A DNA stretch of 58,919 nt from the NCBI GenBank assembly GCA_035692045.1, contig DASSIJ010000277.1, forward strand, positions 1 through 58,919. The letters are read 5' to 3'. Made by a program: the position numbers and the translations under genes. The DNA is from Pseudolabrys sp. (lineage in GTDB: Bacteria > Pseudomonadota > Alphaproteobacteria > Rhizobiales > Xanthobacteraceae). Every line of letters starts with the position of its first letter. Within the stretch, counting starts at the first letter, position 1. Below the pieces are notes generated by a model. The model made no database searches and had not been told where the DNA came from. It worked only from the letters and a program-made list of their open reading frames with translations. Shown here piece by piece: positions 45,901 through 54,512 of the stretch.

Positions 45901-47331
45901 TTAGGCAGCGTTGGCTGGCCGCAGATGTGCGGGATCGTCCGGCGCTGCCCGTTCTCTTTGCAGCGCCATCGCCTCGCGCATGAGTCGGGCGAAATCCTTG
46001 CGGGCGGTCTCCAATGCTCCTTCGACCACCGAACACTGCATCTGCTCTCGACGCAGGGAGACGCTCAATTCCTCGATCCTCTGCTCGGCGGCCTGCTTTT
46101 CGGCAGCCCGCGCTGCTTCGAGGGCATTGATCTGTTCGCTCAACGCCGAGATGGTGTCCTCGGCGCGTGTCAGCGCAGCTTCCTTGACGGTAAAGGCACG
46201 GGCGAGGGTGGTGCTACGCTCCATGAGCGTGGCGCGCGCTTGATCCACTTCCGTAAATTGGGATTCGCGCTGCATTCGCTCCGTTTCGAGATCGGCAATG
46301 CGAGCCTGCAGGGCGTCGCGTTCCATTGCCAGCTCACCGGCGCGCCTGTCGTAGATGCGAATCTCGTCGGCGCGGGCAAGCAGATGCTCGCGTGCGTCGC
46401 CTAGCAGCTTTTCGCTCGCGGAGGCGCGGGCCTGGAGAGCATCGAACCGCATGCGTTGGGTCGTGAGCTCATGCTCGTGCCGTTCCTTGGCCTCGTCGAA
46501 CGCGCTGGCGAGCCTCGTTCGTTCAGTGCTCAACTCTGCGAAATTGCCTTCCACATGGCGCAAGCGGCCTTGCGAGGCCGTGAGGCCCGCCTCGGCCTCG
46601 GCAAGCTTGCGCGAGAGGCGAGCTCCGTCGGCGCTGATCTTGTCGAGCGAGATCTGCTGCGCGCGCCTTTCGTCCTCGATCATGAGCAACCGTTGACGTG
46701 CGGCATTCACTTCGGATTCAAGAGACGCCACGCGCTTTTCGGCAGTGGATAGCCGTTCATCGAGGCGACGATTCTCCTCGCGAAGGGCCTTTCCCTCTCC
46801 GGTTTCCTGCGCGAGCCGCGCTTCCAGATCCACGATCTGCGCGCGCCGGGCAGCAACATCGATGGCAATTTCAGCCTTGGTGGCTTCAAGCGCGCGGAGC
46901 AGGCTCTGGGTGGTGGTGAGTTCCTGGCGGAACGCCTGACATTCCTTTTCTGAAAATGCTGCCTTTTTCTCCAGCTCGGCCACTTCATTGCGCAACTTGC
47001 CATAGGCAGTTCGCGTATTGCTAAGCACCGTCTGCAGGCTGATCTTCTCGGATTTCTCGGCTTCGAATGCGCGAAGGGCCTTGCTGACCGGATCAACGAG
47101 CCTGCCGACGGCATTCTTGATGGTGTCGAGCTCGCCAATCTTGGCATTGGCATCGAGCAGGAGATTGCGGAGGGATTCGTTCTCGCCGCCAAGCTGGGCA
47201 CCCAGCGCGGAGAACAGTTCTTCGTCGAGTTCGAGCGGGTTGTCGGGAGGGGCGGTATTGGTCGGCGTTGGCGCGGCCGTGTTGTCGTAAAGTCCGGCCT
47301 TGCGGGCAAATAGGCCCCCGAATTTGCTCAT
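45901..47331 (-). CDS. Crescentin (CreS)-like coiled-coil protein, paralog 1
   Basis: 476 aa continuous coiled coil; RRAGEL..RIADLE..VDQARAT..EAALTRAE..EGALETARKDFARL is colinear with the crescentin C-terminal rod as I recall it. Confidence 0.7.
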   Translation of the reverse strand: MSKFGGLFARKAGLYDNTAAPTPTNTAPPDNPLELDEELFSALGAQLGGENESLRNLLLDANAKIGELDTIKNAVGRLVDPVSKALRAFEAEKSEKISLQTVLSNTRTAYGKLRNEVAELEKKAAFSEKECQAFRQELTTTQSLLRALEATKAEIAIDVAARRAQIVDLEARLAQETGEGKALREENRRLDERLSTAEKRVASLESEVNAARQRLLMIEDERRAQQISLDKISADGARLSRKLAEAEAGLTASQGRLRHVEGNFAELSTERTRLASAFDEAKERHEHELTTQRMRFDALQARASASEKLLGDAREHLLARADEIRIYDRRAGELAMERDALQARIADLETERMQRESQFTEVDQARATLMERSTTLARAFTVKEAALTRAEDTISALSEQINALEAARAAEKQAAEQRIEELSVSLRREQMQCSVVEGALETARKDFARLMREAMALQRERAAPDDPAHLRPANAA

Positions 47332-47352
47332 TGACGTGACCCCTAAAACGCC

Positions 47353-47436
47353 GATTCGCCCGGCCGAAGCGACGCCGAATCACTCGTTAACCGATCCTAA
47401 CGGAATCTGAATTTCTGTGGGTAAATGAAAGGTTAA
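47353..47436 (-). promoter_or_regulatory. Cell-cycle-type promoter: three GANTC sites plus a CtrA-like box
   Basis: GATTC 47353, GAATC 47377, GAATC 47403; minus-strand TTAA-cctttca-TTTAC at 47436-47421. Confidence 0.6.
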
Positions 47437-47646
47437 CGGTAAATCGCGACAGCCTTTCAATGGTTTATCGAAAAAACGGCCAGCGGCTGCTGAATACCGG
47501 CGCGCGCGAAATACCGCCTGTCACGGCGCTGTAGCCCTGTGGACAACCTGATGGCACAGAGTGCCGCCGCTCATTTAGCCCGTGCCTCGGAATCGAAATG
47601 CCGGCGTCGAACCGGATCGGCGCCGGCAATTTCATCGGGTCCAGCT

Positions 47647-48402
47647 TCAGGCGCGCTTGCTTATGAACAAGCCTTCGCAAAGGCGAAAGGTGAGCTCGGC
47701 ACCAGTGCCTTGCGGCTGCAAAGTTGCCTTCACCTCGGGCGCTATCTCAGTCAGCATCGCGCGCAACAATGCCTGCATGATGGTGTCGTAACGCGCGGCC
47801 CAGCTCTTGAACTCCATCGTCTTGTAGATTTGCTCTTCGTGCGTTGTTTGGAGGCCGGCCCTGTCAAGCGCACTTCGCCATTCCTCCATGGTCCAAGCCC
47901 GTAGATGGCTCGGATCGCGGAGACGCTCGAAGGCGTTCACGTAATCGCCCACGCTGCCCGCCGGTACGACATTGTCGACGAGTGCGAACAATCCGTTCGT
48001 TTTGAGTGTGCGGTACACTTCACCGAGAAAGTCGGGAATCGAGTCGAAATGGTGCGGCGCGATCCGACACGTGACAAGGTCGAAGCTTTCGTCCTCGAAA
48101 GGCAGTGCTTCAGCCTTTGCATATGTCGTGCGGATGTTGGCAAGGCCGCGCTTTGCAGCTTCGCCTTTGACCATGTCGAGCATTTCCTGAGTGATGTCGG
48201 TCGCCCAAACGCGAGCAACGTGGGGCGCAAAAGCGTAGGCGACATGGCCGCCGCCAGTGGCGACGTCAAGAACGCGCCAGCCTTTTTGCGGGGAGGTGAG
48301 CGCGACCAGCCGTTCCAGGCTTTTACCGACCGCGTGTGGTTTGCTGGTGAGGTAATGAGCTGCGGTTTTGCCGAACTGCTCCTGGACGAGGGTTTTGCTC
48401 AT
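47647..48402 (-). CDS. Class I SAM-dependent methyltransferase (UbiE-like)
   Basis: VLDVATGGGH, AEALPFEDESFDLVTCRIAPHHF, RDPSH. Confidence 0.9.
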   Translation of the reverse strand: MSKTLVQEQFGKTAAHYLTSKPHAVGKSLERLVALTSPQKGWRVLDVATGGGHVAYAFAPHVARVWATDITQEMLDMVKGEAAKRGLANIRTTYAKAEALPFEDESFDLVTCRIAPHHFDSIPDFLGEVYRTLKTNGLFALVDNVVPAGSVGDYVNAFERLRDPSHLRAWTMEEWRSALDRAGLQTTHEEQIYKTMEFKSWAARYDTIMQALLRAMLTEIAPEVKATLQPQGTGAELTFRLCEGLFISKRA

Positions 48403-48501
48403 GGGTGCTCCCGATCAGTACCAGTGAACAGCAATACATAGCGTGCCGGGCATTCGCACGCGCGATATATGCATGATGGTACTGCCGAAAGTGCGGGGCG
48501 G

Positions 48502-48729
48502 CTAGTTGTCGCCGCCGCTCAGGTCGTCATAGCCATGACGGTTACTGTAAAACACAAGGGCCATCAGGCCGCCGCCAACCAGCAGTGAGAACAGGACACC
48601 ACCCGCTATGGCGACATAGCCGTAGAGCGGAATTTCATCACCGCCGATACGCGTCCAGGCAGCGGCCGCAAACCAGACCGACAAACCCAAAAGCGCGAGC
48701 AGCGGCACGACGAGGAGAAACTTGCGCAT
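48502..48729 (-). CDS. Small two-TM membrane protein
   Basis: GGGLMALVFYSNRHGYDD C-terminal motif typical of a small alphaproteobacterial family. Confidence 0.75.
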   Translation of the reverse strand: MRKFLLVVPLLALLGLSVWFAAAAWTRIGGDEIPLYGYVAIAGGVLFSLLVGGGLMALVFYSNRHGYDDLSGGDN

Positions 48730-48828
48730 CCCGTTAATATAGGACGTCGCGGTAGCCGTGCCACGGTCCGGACTTCAAAAAGCAAATACGGAATTGCTAT
48801 CCGCATTCAAAACGATGGCTTGGTAAGC

Positions 48829-50334
48829 CTAGCCGTTGCCGCCAGCTTCGGAAAGTTGTCCGGTTTTGCCCCGTCTTGCCGCCGGGGGCGTTTCGTCGTT
48901 GGCGGCCTCAGCGGGCGGAACCGGAATGTCGTCGAGCGGCGCCCCGCGTCGCAATGTCGATCTTAGGGCCCCGACCTCGCTTTGCAGGCGGGAGTTGTCC
49001 TTGCGCGCAGCTTCCAGGGCGCCTTCGACAACGGCGCGCTCCATGCGCTCGCGCTGGAGTGCGGAATTGAGATCCTCCACGCGCTTTTCGATATTGGTAC
49101 GAATGATCTGAATATCCGCTTCCAGATGTCCATTGCGTTCGGTCAGCGCACCGATCTTCTCTTCCGCGCGGGCGAGGGCGGTTTCGCGCATCTTCATCGC
49201 CTTGGACAAAGCATTGTTACGCTCGGTCAAGGCGATGCGCGCCTGCTCGTGATCCTTGATCTGTCGTTCGCGCGTTTCGTGCTGGACTTCGATCTGGGCG
49301 AGCCGCTTCTCCGAATTGTTGCGAGCGATCGTCGCTTCGACCGATTTACGGTCGAATGCGCGCACCTCTTCGGTGCGAGCGATAAGATTTTGCCGCGCCT
49401 CGGACAGCAGGCGCTCGGCGGTTGCGGCGCGCGATTGCAATCCGTCCAACCGCATGTTCAGGCTGCTGCGTTCGGCCTGGTGCTGCTCTTTGGATTCATC
49501 AAGCGCAGCGCCGAGCCGTCCGCGCTCCGCGTAGGCTTCTGCAAAGCTCGACTCGACCTTACCGAGTTGAGCGCGGGTCGCGGTCAGCGTGTTCTCGCTT
49601 TCAGTCAGCCGCCGCGTCAGCCGTGCGGTTTCGTTCAGCGCCTGATCGACCGCGATTTGCAGCGAACGTTTTTCATCTTCCAGAAGCGCGAGGCTCTCGC
49701 GAGCAGCTGCGAGTTCTCCCTCAAGTTCGACGATGTGCTTCTCGGCGGCGTCGTGCTGCTCATTCAGCGCCCGGCGGGATTCACTGAGTGTCCGGCGCTG
49801 GGTGGTTTCCTGCGCCAGTTGACGGTCAAGTTCGGCAATTTGCGCGCGGCGCGCATTGATATCATCGGTAAGCTCAAGCCGGGTGCTTTCCAGAGCCCGA
49901 TTTGCTTCTCGCGAGAGCTCGAGATCTTCGCGCAGTCTTCCCGCTTCACTTTCGAATATCGTTGCCTTTTTTTCGATCTGATAGAATTCCTCGCGCAGCG
50001 TCTCGTAGGCTGTGCGCGCTTCCGCCAGCATTCCAGACAGACTCATTGTCTGGGATTTTTCTTGTTCAAGAGCGCGGAGGGTGCTGTTGAACGGCGCAAC
50101 AAGCTTGTCGAAAGCCTCCTTGAGGTCGTCGAGCTCGCTGATCTTTCGGCCGGTGTCAGTCAGCAGATTGCGCAGGACCTCGTTTTCCTCACCCATCCGC
50201 GAACCGACGTCGGACAGGTTTTCCACAGAGATATGGTTGCCGCCGTTGCCATTTCCGTTTGCAGCTCGCGCCAAAAGTTTGTCGATCTCGGCCGCGCCGC
50301 CCTTTCGGCCAAAAAGGTCCGACAGCTTCGCCAT
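48829..50334 (-). CDS. Crescentin (CreS)-like coiled-coil protein, paralog 2
   Basis: 501 aa coiled coil; aligns by eye with paralog 1; ends in AVVEGALEAARKDNSRLQ; GGGAGG RBS. Confidence 0.7.
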   Translation of the reverse strand: MAKLSDLFGRKGGAAEIDKLLARAANGNGNGGNHISVENLSDVGSRMGEENEVLRNLLTDTGRKISELDDLKEAFDKLVAPFNSTLRALEQEKSQTMSLSGMLAEARTAYETLREEFYQIEKKATIFESEAGRLREDLELSREANRALESTRLELTDDINARRAQIAELDRQLAQETTQRRTLSESRRALNEQHDAAEKHIVELEGELAAARESLALLEDEKRSLQIAVDQALNETARLTRRLTESENTLTATRAQLGKVESSFAEAYAERGRLGAALDESKEQHQAERSSLNMRLDGLQSRAATAERLLSEARQNLIARTEEVRAFDRKSVEATIARNNSEKRLAQIEVQHETRERQIKDHEQARIALTERNNALSKAMKMRETALARAEEKIGALTERNGHLEADIQIIRTNIEKRVEDLNSALQRERMERAVVEGALEAARKDNSRLQSEVGALRSTLRRGAPLDDIPVPPAEAANDETPPAARRGKTGQLSEAGGNG

Positions 50335-50483
50335 GACGACGCCTCCCCAACCCCAGAAACGCTACGACAGCCCCAAACGCCGCAATTACGTTATTATATC
50401 GCTGTGGCGATGGAAACACTCGCAACAGCAGCCTGTGCGTTTCGTCGCGTCCGTCCGGCCCTTGTCGGCCATGGCTGTAAGGG

Positions 50484-51092
50484 ATGCGCGTGCGCGTGAC
50501 AGAACAGTCCACAGAAATATTAAGAAGACCCCTGAGTTACGCCTACCGGCCATCGGCGTTTGGGCCGCTCCGGGTCTACAGCCTTTCGGATGACGGGATC
50601 GATTGGGCGGTGGGTGTGCATTCGGGGCGTATTCCGTATCGCAGCATCCGCCGTCTTCGCATGTCGTTTCGGCCGACCGGCATACAACCGCGGCGCTTTG
50701 TTGTTGAGCTATGGGCGGCGGGTGCGCCCAAGCTGACGATTGCCTCCAGCTCGTGGAAAAGCATCACCGAACAGGAGCGGCTCGATCAGCCTTACACGAC
50801 CTTCGTGCAGGAGCTGCACCGCCACATTTCGAATGCGGGACAGTCCGTGCGCTTTCAGCAAGGCAGTAATCCGTTGATTTACTGGCCAAGTCTGGTCGTT
50901 TTCGCTGCGGTCGCACTCGGGATTGCTGCGTTGACCGTGCAGGCCCTGCGAGCGGGTACAATCAGCGGCGCAGCGCTCGTCGGCGCTTTCCTCATGCTGT
51001 TTGTCTGGCAAGGCGGAAACTTCATGCGTCGCAACCGCCCGGGCACATACCGTGCGGATGCGCTGCCGAAACGCGTCATGCCGCCGCCCTAG
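50484..51092 (+). CDS. Hypothetical membrane protein (soluble N-domain plus two TM)
   Basis: YAYRPS..., IASSSWKS, two TM helices, RRNRPGTY tail; start uncertain. Confidence 0.7.
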   Translation: MRVRVTEQSTEILRRPLSYAYRPSAFGPLRVYSLSDDGIDWAVGVHSGRIPYRSIRRLRMSFRPTGIQPRRFVVELWAAGAPKLTIASSSWKSITEQERLDQPYTTFVQELHRHISNAGQSVRFQQGSNPLIYWPSLVVFAAVALGIAALTVQALRAGTISGAALVGAFLMLFVWQGGNFMRRNRPGTYRADALPKRVMPPP

Positions 51093-51101
51093 CAATTCCG
51101 G

Positions 51102-51527
51102 CTACTGGCGCACAACAAGAACCGAACACTTGGCATAGCGCACCACGTGTCCGGCGTTGGAGCCGAGGAAGTACGTGCGCATCGCCGGGCGATGCGAACT
51201 CATCACGATCAGGTCCGCGTTGAATGCCTTCGCTTCCTCGAGCACTTCGTGGTAAATACCGCCCTGGCGCACAGTCGCGGAAACACGCGCGGCATCAAGG
51301 CCGCACTCATGCGCGATAATGCCAAGCGCCTCCTCAGCTGATTTGCGTTGCTGCACGTCGAAGTCGGGTGGCACATATTCCGCCAGCATCACCGGCGTCA
51401 TGGCCAGGACGTTGATCAGACGTACCGACCCCCCTGACGTGCGGACCATTTCAATCGCGGTTGTTATGGCGGGTTTAGTCAGATCAGTATCCGCAAGATC
51501 GACCGGCACCAGAACTTTTTTGTACAT
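51102..51527 (-). CDS. Universal stress protein (UspF-like)
   Basis: MYKKVLVPVDL, ADLIVMSSHRP, FLGSNAGHVVRYAKCSVLVVR. Confidence 0.92.
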   Translation of the reverse strand: MYKKVLVPVDLADTDLTKPAITTAIEMVRTSGGSVRLINVLAMTPVMLAEYVPPDFDVQQRKSAEEALGIIAHECGLDAARVSATVRQGGIYHEVLEEAKAFNADLIVMSSHRPAMRTYFLGSNAGHVVRYAKCSVLVVRQ

Positions 51528-51603
51528 GACAGCGCCCCTCATTTCGCTGCGAGGGTCCGATCATGGCATGTTTTGAGGGGCGCGTTGAGTGAGAGTTATT
51601 GAT

Positions 51604-52131
51604 TCAATTGGCCGCCGCGGCGAGCGATTTCGGGGTCACGAAGCGTTCAAGACGGCCGCATTGGGGGTGCAGCTTACCCCAGTCGTCGAGAGCAAAATCG
51701 ATGATCGCAAGGCCGGCCGTGGGCAGTTTCTCCCGCAGCCGTTCCCGCGCTTCGATGTCGCCGGCCGCGACCAGCATGGCCGCGAGTTCGTGGAGACCGG
51801 GATTGTGCCCGACGACCAGAAGCGTGTGCGTGGCCGGGGCCGATTCCTTGACGATGCCAAGGATTGTATGTGCGGTCGCGTCATAAAGCCGATCAACCGG
51901 GGTAGCCTTGGGCGGCGTGCGGAATGCTGCCGCCGCAAATTTCCAGGTCTCCTGGGTGCGCGCGGAGGGAGACGTCACAACCTGGTCAGGAATGAGAGTG
52001 TGGGAGGACAAGTAGGCGCCGATCCTGGCGGCGTCCTTGCGCCCGCGCTCCACCAGTTTGCGGGCACGGTCTTCCATGCCCGGTGCGGAGCGCTCGGCCT
52101 TGGCGTGACGAAATAGCAAAAGTCGCCGCAT
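51604..52131 (-). CDS. sixA: SixA-like histidine phosphatase
   Basis: MRRLLLFRHAKA, SPSARTQET, VVGHNPG; true start 52131 lies inside a longer computed ORF. Confidence 0.85.
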   Translation of the reverse strand: MRRLLLFRHAKAERSAPGMEDRARKLVERGRKDAARIGAYLSSHTLIPDQVVTSPSARTQETWKFAAAAFRTPPKATPVDRLYDATAHTILGIVKESAPATHTLLVVGHNPGLHELAAMLVAAGDIEARERLREKLPTAGLAIIDFALDDWGKLHPQCGRLERFVTPKSLAAAAN

Positions 52132-52209
52132 GGTCGTACTATGCATGTCTTTGGGATGTCTTTCGTCGCTATGGCTCAGTCTAGCAATAATTGCCGCAGA
52201 GAATGAAGC

Positions 52210-53541
52210 ATGGAAGCGGGTTGGTACGAGGCGAATAGCGTTGCACGTCCGGATCGCCCACGGCTGAATCTTGATCTCGACGTTGATGTCTGTGTGGTCG
52301 GCGCCGGGCTCGCCGGCCTGACCGTCGCCCGTGAAATCGCGCAACGGGGCTGGTCGGTCGCGGTTCTCGAAGCCGGAGAGGTCGCCTGGGCCGCGTCGGG
52401 CCGCAACCTGGGTTTCGTGCTTCCGGGCTTTGCCGAAGATATCCGCGGCATTATCGAGCGCATCGGTCTCGACCATGCCAAGCAACTCTGGGCTCTCTCC
52501 GAGCAGGGGCTCGACTATGTGCGCCGCACGATCCTGGACACCCAAATGCCGGGCGTCGACCTCATCAATGGCTGGCTGCACGTATCGAAAACCGACAATT
52601 CCGACGAACTTCGCAATGAAGCTGAACGCATGCGCTGGATCGGTACCGACGTCGAGTTCTGGCCGGTGGACCGCGTGCGCGATCAGCTTCACAGCCCCCG
52701 ATATTTCGGCGCGGTGCACTACCGGGAAGCCTTTCACATTGATCCATTTAACTATGCGCTTGGACTCGCGGCGCTCGCCGAAAAAGCGGGTGCGCGCATT
52801 TTCGAGGATACACCGGCTGTGTCGCTCGATCCGGCTGGCGTCCGCAAGCGCGTGATTACGCCCGCTGGCCGCGTCCGTTCTGCGCACGTGGTGCTCGCCG
52901 GCAACATCCATCTCGGGACACTTATGCCGCGGCTTGCGGCGACTCTGTTGCCGGTCACGACTTTTGTCATGGTGACGGAACCGCTTGGCGAGATCTTGCA
53001 CGACATTGTGCGCTATCGCGGCGCTATCAGCGACACCAATCGCGCTGACAATCACTACCGCATCGTCGGAGGCGATCGCCTCCAATGGTCGGGACGCATG
53101 CGCGCGTGGGAAGCCAACCCGCGGCTGATCGCACGCGGACTGGTCAATGACGTCCGGCGCACTTTTCCCGGCCTCGCGAAAGTCGAGGTTGCGCATTTAT
53201 GGCGGGGAACGCTCGGCCGCACAGTCCATCGCATGCCGCAGATCGGTGAAATTGAGCGCGGCGTGTGGCTGGCGAGCGGCTTTGGAGGCCACGGTCTCAA
53301 CAACACAGCTGTAGCGGGTGAACTCATCGCGCGCGGCATTATCGACGGTGATGAAACATGGCGCCTGTTCGCTCCCTATGAGCTGGTATGGGCAGGAGGT
53401 GTGCTTGGCCGTGCACTGGCGCAAGGCATCTATTGGGGCACGCGACCGTTGGAGCGCATCGAGCAGGAAGCTGCCCGCTATCGTTCCCGCGCGCGCGCGC
53501 GCAAGGATGCGCGCCTTGCCGCGCGTGTGAAACCTGGCTGA
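52210..53541 (+). CDS. FAD-binding oxidoreductase (DadA/PuuB family)
   Basis: VVGAGLAG, ASGRNLG, GFGGHG. Confidence 0.88.
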   Translation: MEAGWYEANSVARPDRPRLNLDLDVDVCVVGAGLAGLTVAREIAQRGWSVAVLEAGEVAWAASGRNLGFVLPGFAEDIRGIIERIGLDHAKQLWALSEQGLDYVRRTILDTQMPGVDLINGWLHVSKTDNSDELRNEAERMRWIGTDVEFWPVDRVRDQLHSPRYFGAVHYREAFHIDPFNYALGLAALAEKAGARIFEDTPAVSLDPAGVRKRVITPAGRVRSAHVVLAGNIHLGTLMPRLAATLLPVTTFVMVTEPLGEILHDIVRYRGAISDTNRADNHYRIVGGDRLQWSGRMRAWEANPRLIARGLVNDVRRTFPGLAKVEVAHLWRGTLGRTVHRMPQIGEIERGVWLASGFGGHGLNNTAVAGELIARGIIDGDETWRLFAPYELVWAGGVLGRALAQGIYWGTRPLERIEQEAARYRSRARARKDARLAARVKPG

Positions 53542-53563
53542 TCAATTTCTGGATTGCGTGCGC

Positions 53564-54409
53564 TTATCTATTCTCTCGCCGCGCCATAAAGGCCAACCGC
53601 TCGAACAGATGGACGTCCTGTTCGTTCTTGAGCAGCGCGCCATGGAGGGGCGGAATGAGCTTCTTGGGGTCGCGCTCGCGCAGGGTTTCAGGTCCGATGT
53701 CTTCGACCATCAGGAGCTTGAGCCAATCGAGAAGCTCGGAGGTTGAAGGCTTCTTCTTCATTCCCGGCACTTCGCGGATCTCATAAAATAGTCGCAAGGC
53801 TTCTCCGACAAGCCTTTGTTTTATATCGGGGAAATGCACCTGAATAATCGCGCGCATGGTGTCCGCATCGGGAAAGCGGATGTAGTGAAAGAAGCATCGG
53901 CGCAGGAATGCGTCCGGCAATTCCTTCTCGTTGTTCGAGGTGATGACCACGATCGGCCGACGCCGTGCCTTCACGGTCTCGCCGGTCTCGTACACAAAGA
54001 ACTCCATGCGATCGAGTTCCTGTAGCAGGTCATTGGGAAACTCGATGTCGGCCTTGTCGATCTCGTCGATCAGTAACACCGGTCGCTCGTCGGCGACGAA
54101 GGCGTCCCACAGTTTGCCGCGCTTGATGTAGTTGCGGATGTCCTTGACGCGTTCGTCACCAAGCTGGCTGTCGCGCAGGCGTGAGACCGCGTCGTATTCG
54201 TAAAGACCCTGCAGCGCTTTGGTCGTGGATTTGATGTGCCATTCAATGAGCGGTGCGCCGATGGCTTTTGCAATTTCCAGGGCCAGCACGGTCTTGCCGG
54301 TGCCTGGTTCGCCTTTGACGAGGAGAGGGCGCTCGAGAGTAATTGCGGCATTGACCGCGATTTTCAGGTCGTCGGTCGCGACATAGGCCTTGGTGCCGTC
54401 AAAACGCAT
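53564..54409 (-). CDS. MoxR-family AAA+ ATPase
   Basis: GEPGTGKT Walker A, LLIDEIDKAD Walker B, TSNNEKELPDAFLRRC. Confidence 0.93.
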   Translation of the reverse strand: MRFDGTKAYVATDDLKIAVNAAITLERPLLVKGEPGTGKTVLALEIAKAIGAPLIEWHIKSTTKALQGLYEYDAVSRLRDSQLGDERVKDIRNYIKRGKLWDAFVADERPVLLIDEIDKADIEFPNDLLQELDRMEFFVYETGETVKARRRPIVVITSNNEKELPDAFLRRCFFHYIRFPDADTMRAIIQVHFPDIKQRLVGEALRLFYEIREVPGMKKKPSTSELLDWLKLLMVEDIGPETLRERDPKKLIPPLHGALLKNEQDVHLFERLAFMARRENR

Positions 54410-54512
54410 ACAATGCATCCTCTTGCGATGGTCCATCTATCATAGACCGGCGCGACATTCATATAGACCGGAAGCGCTACGACGCGGAGCCTTGGCGAAA
54501 GCCTGATCTCCG

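Noticed and set aside
45901-50334. Calling the coiled-coil pair SMC/chromosome segregation ATPases
   Set aside because: No Walker A/B motifs or hinge domain; far too short
48982-50499. 505-aa plus-strand ORF
   Set aside because: Antisense shadow of the crescentin-like gene; no recognisable motifs, typical of high-GC DNA
52132-53196. Apparent 350-aa N-terminal extension of SixA
   Set aside because: Overlaps the FAD oxidoreductase on the opposite strand; SixA homology starts at MRRLLLFRHAK
53488-53502. (CG)n run near the 3' end of the oxidoreductase as a phase-variation tract
   Set aside because: Short, encodes Arg-Ala repeats in GC-rich DNA, and the frame is intact
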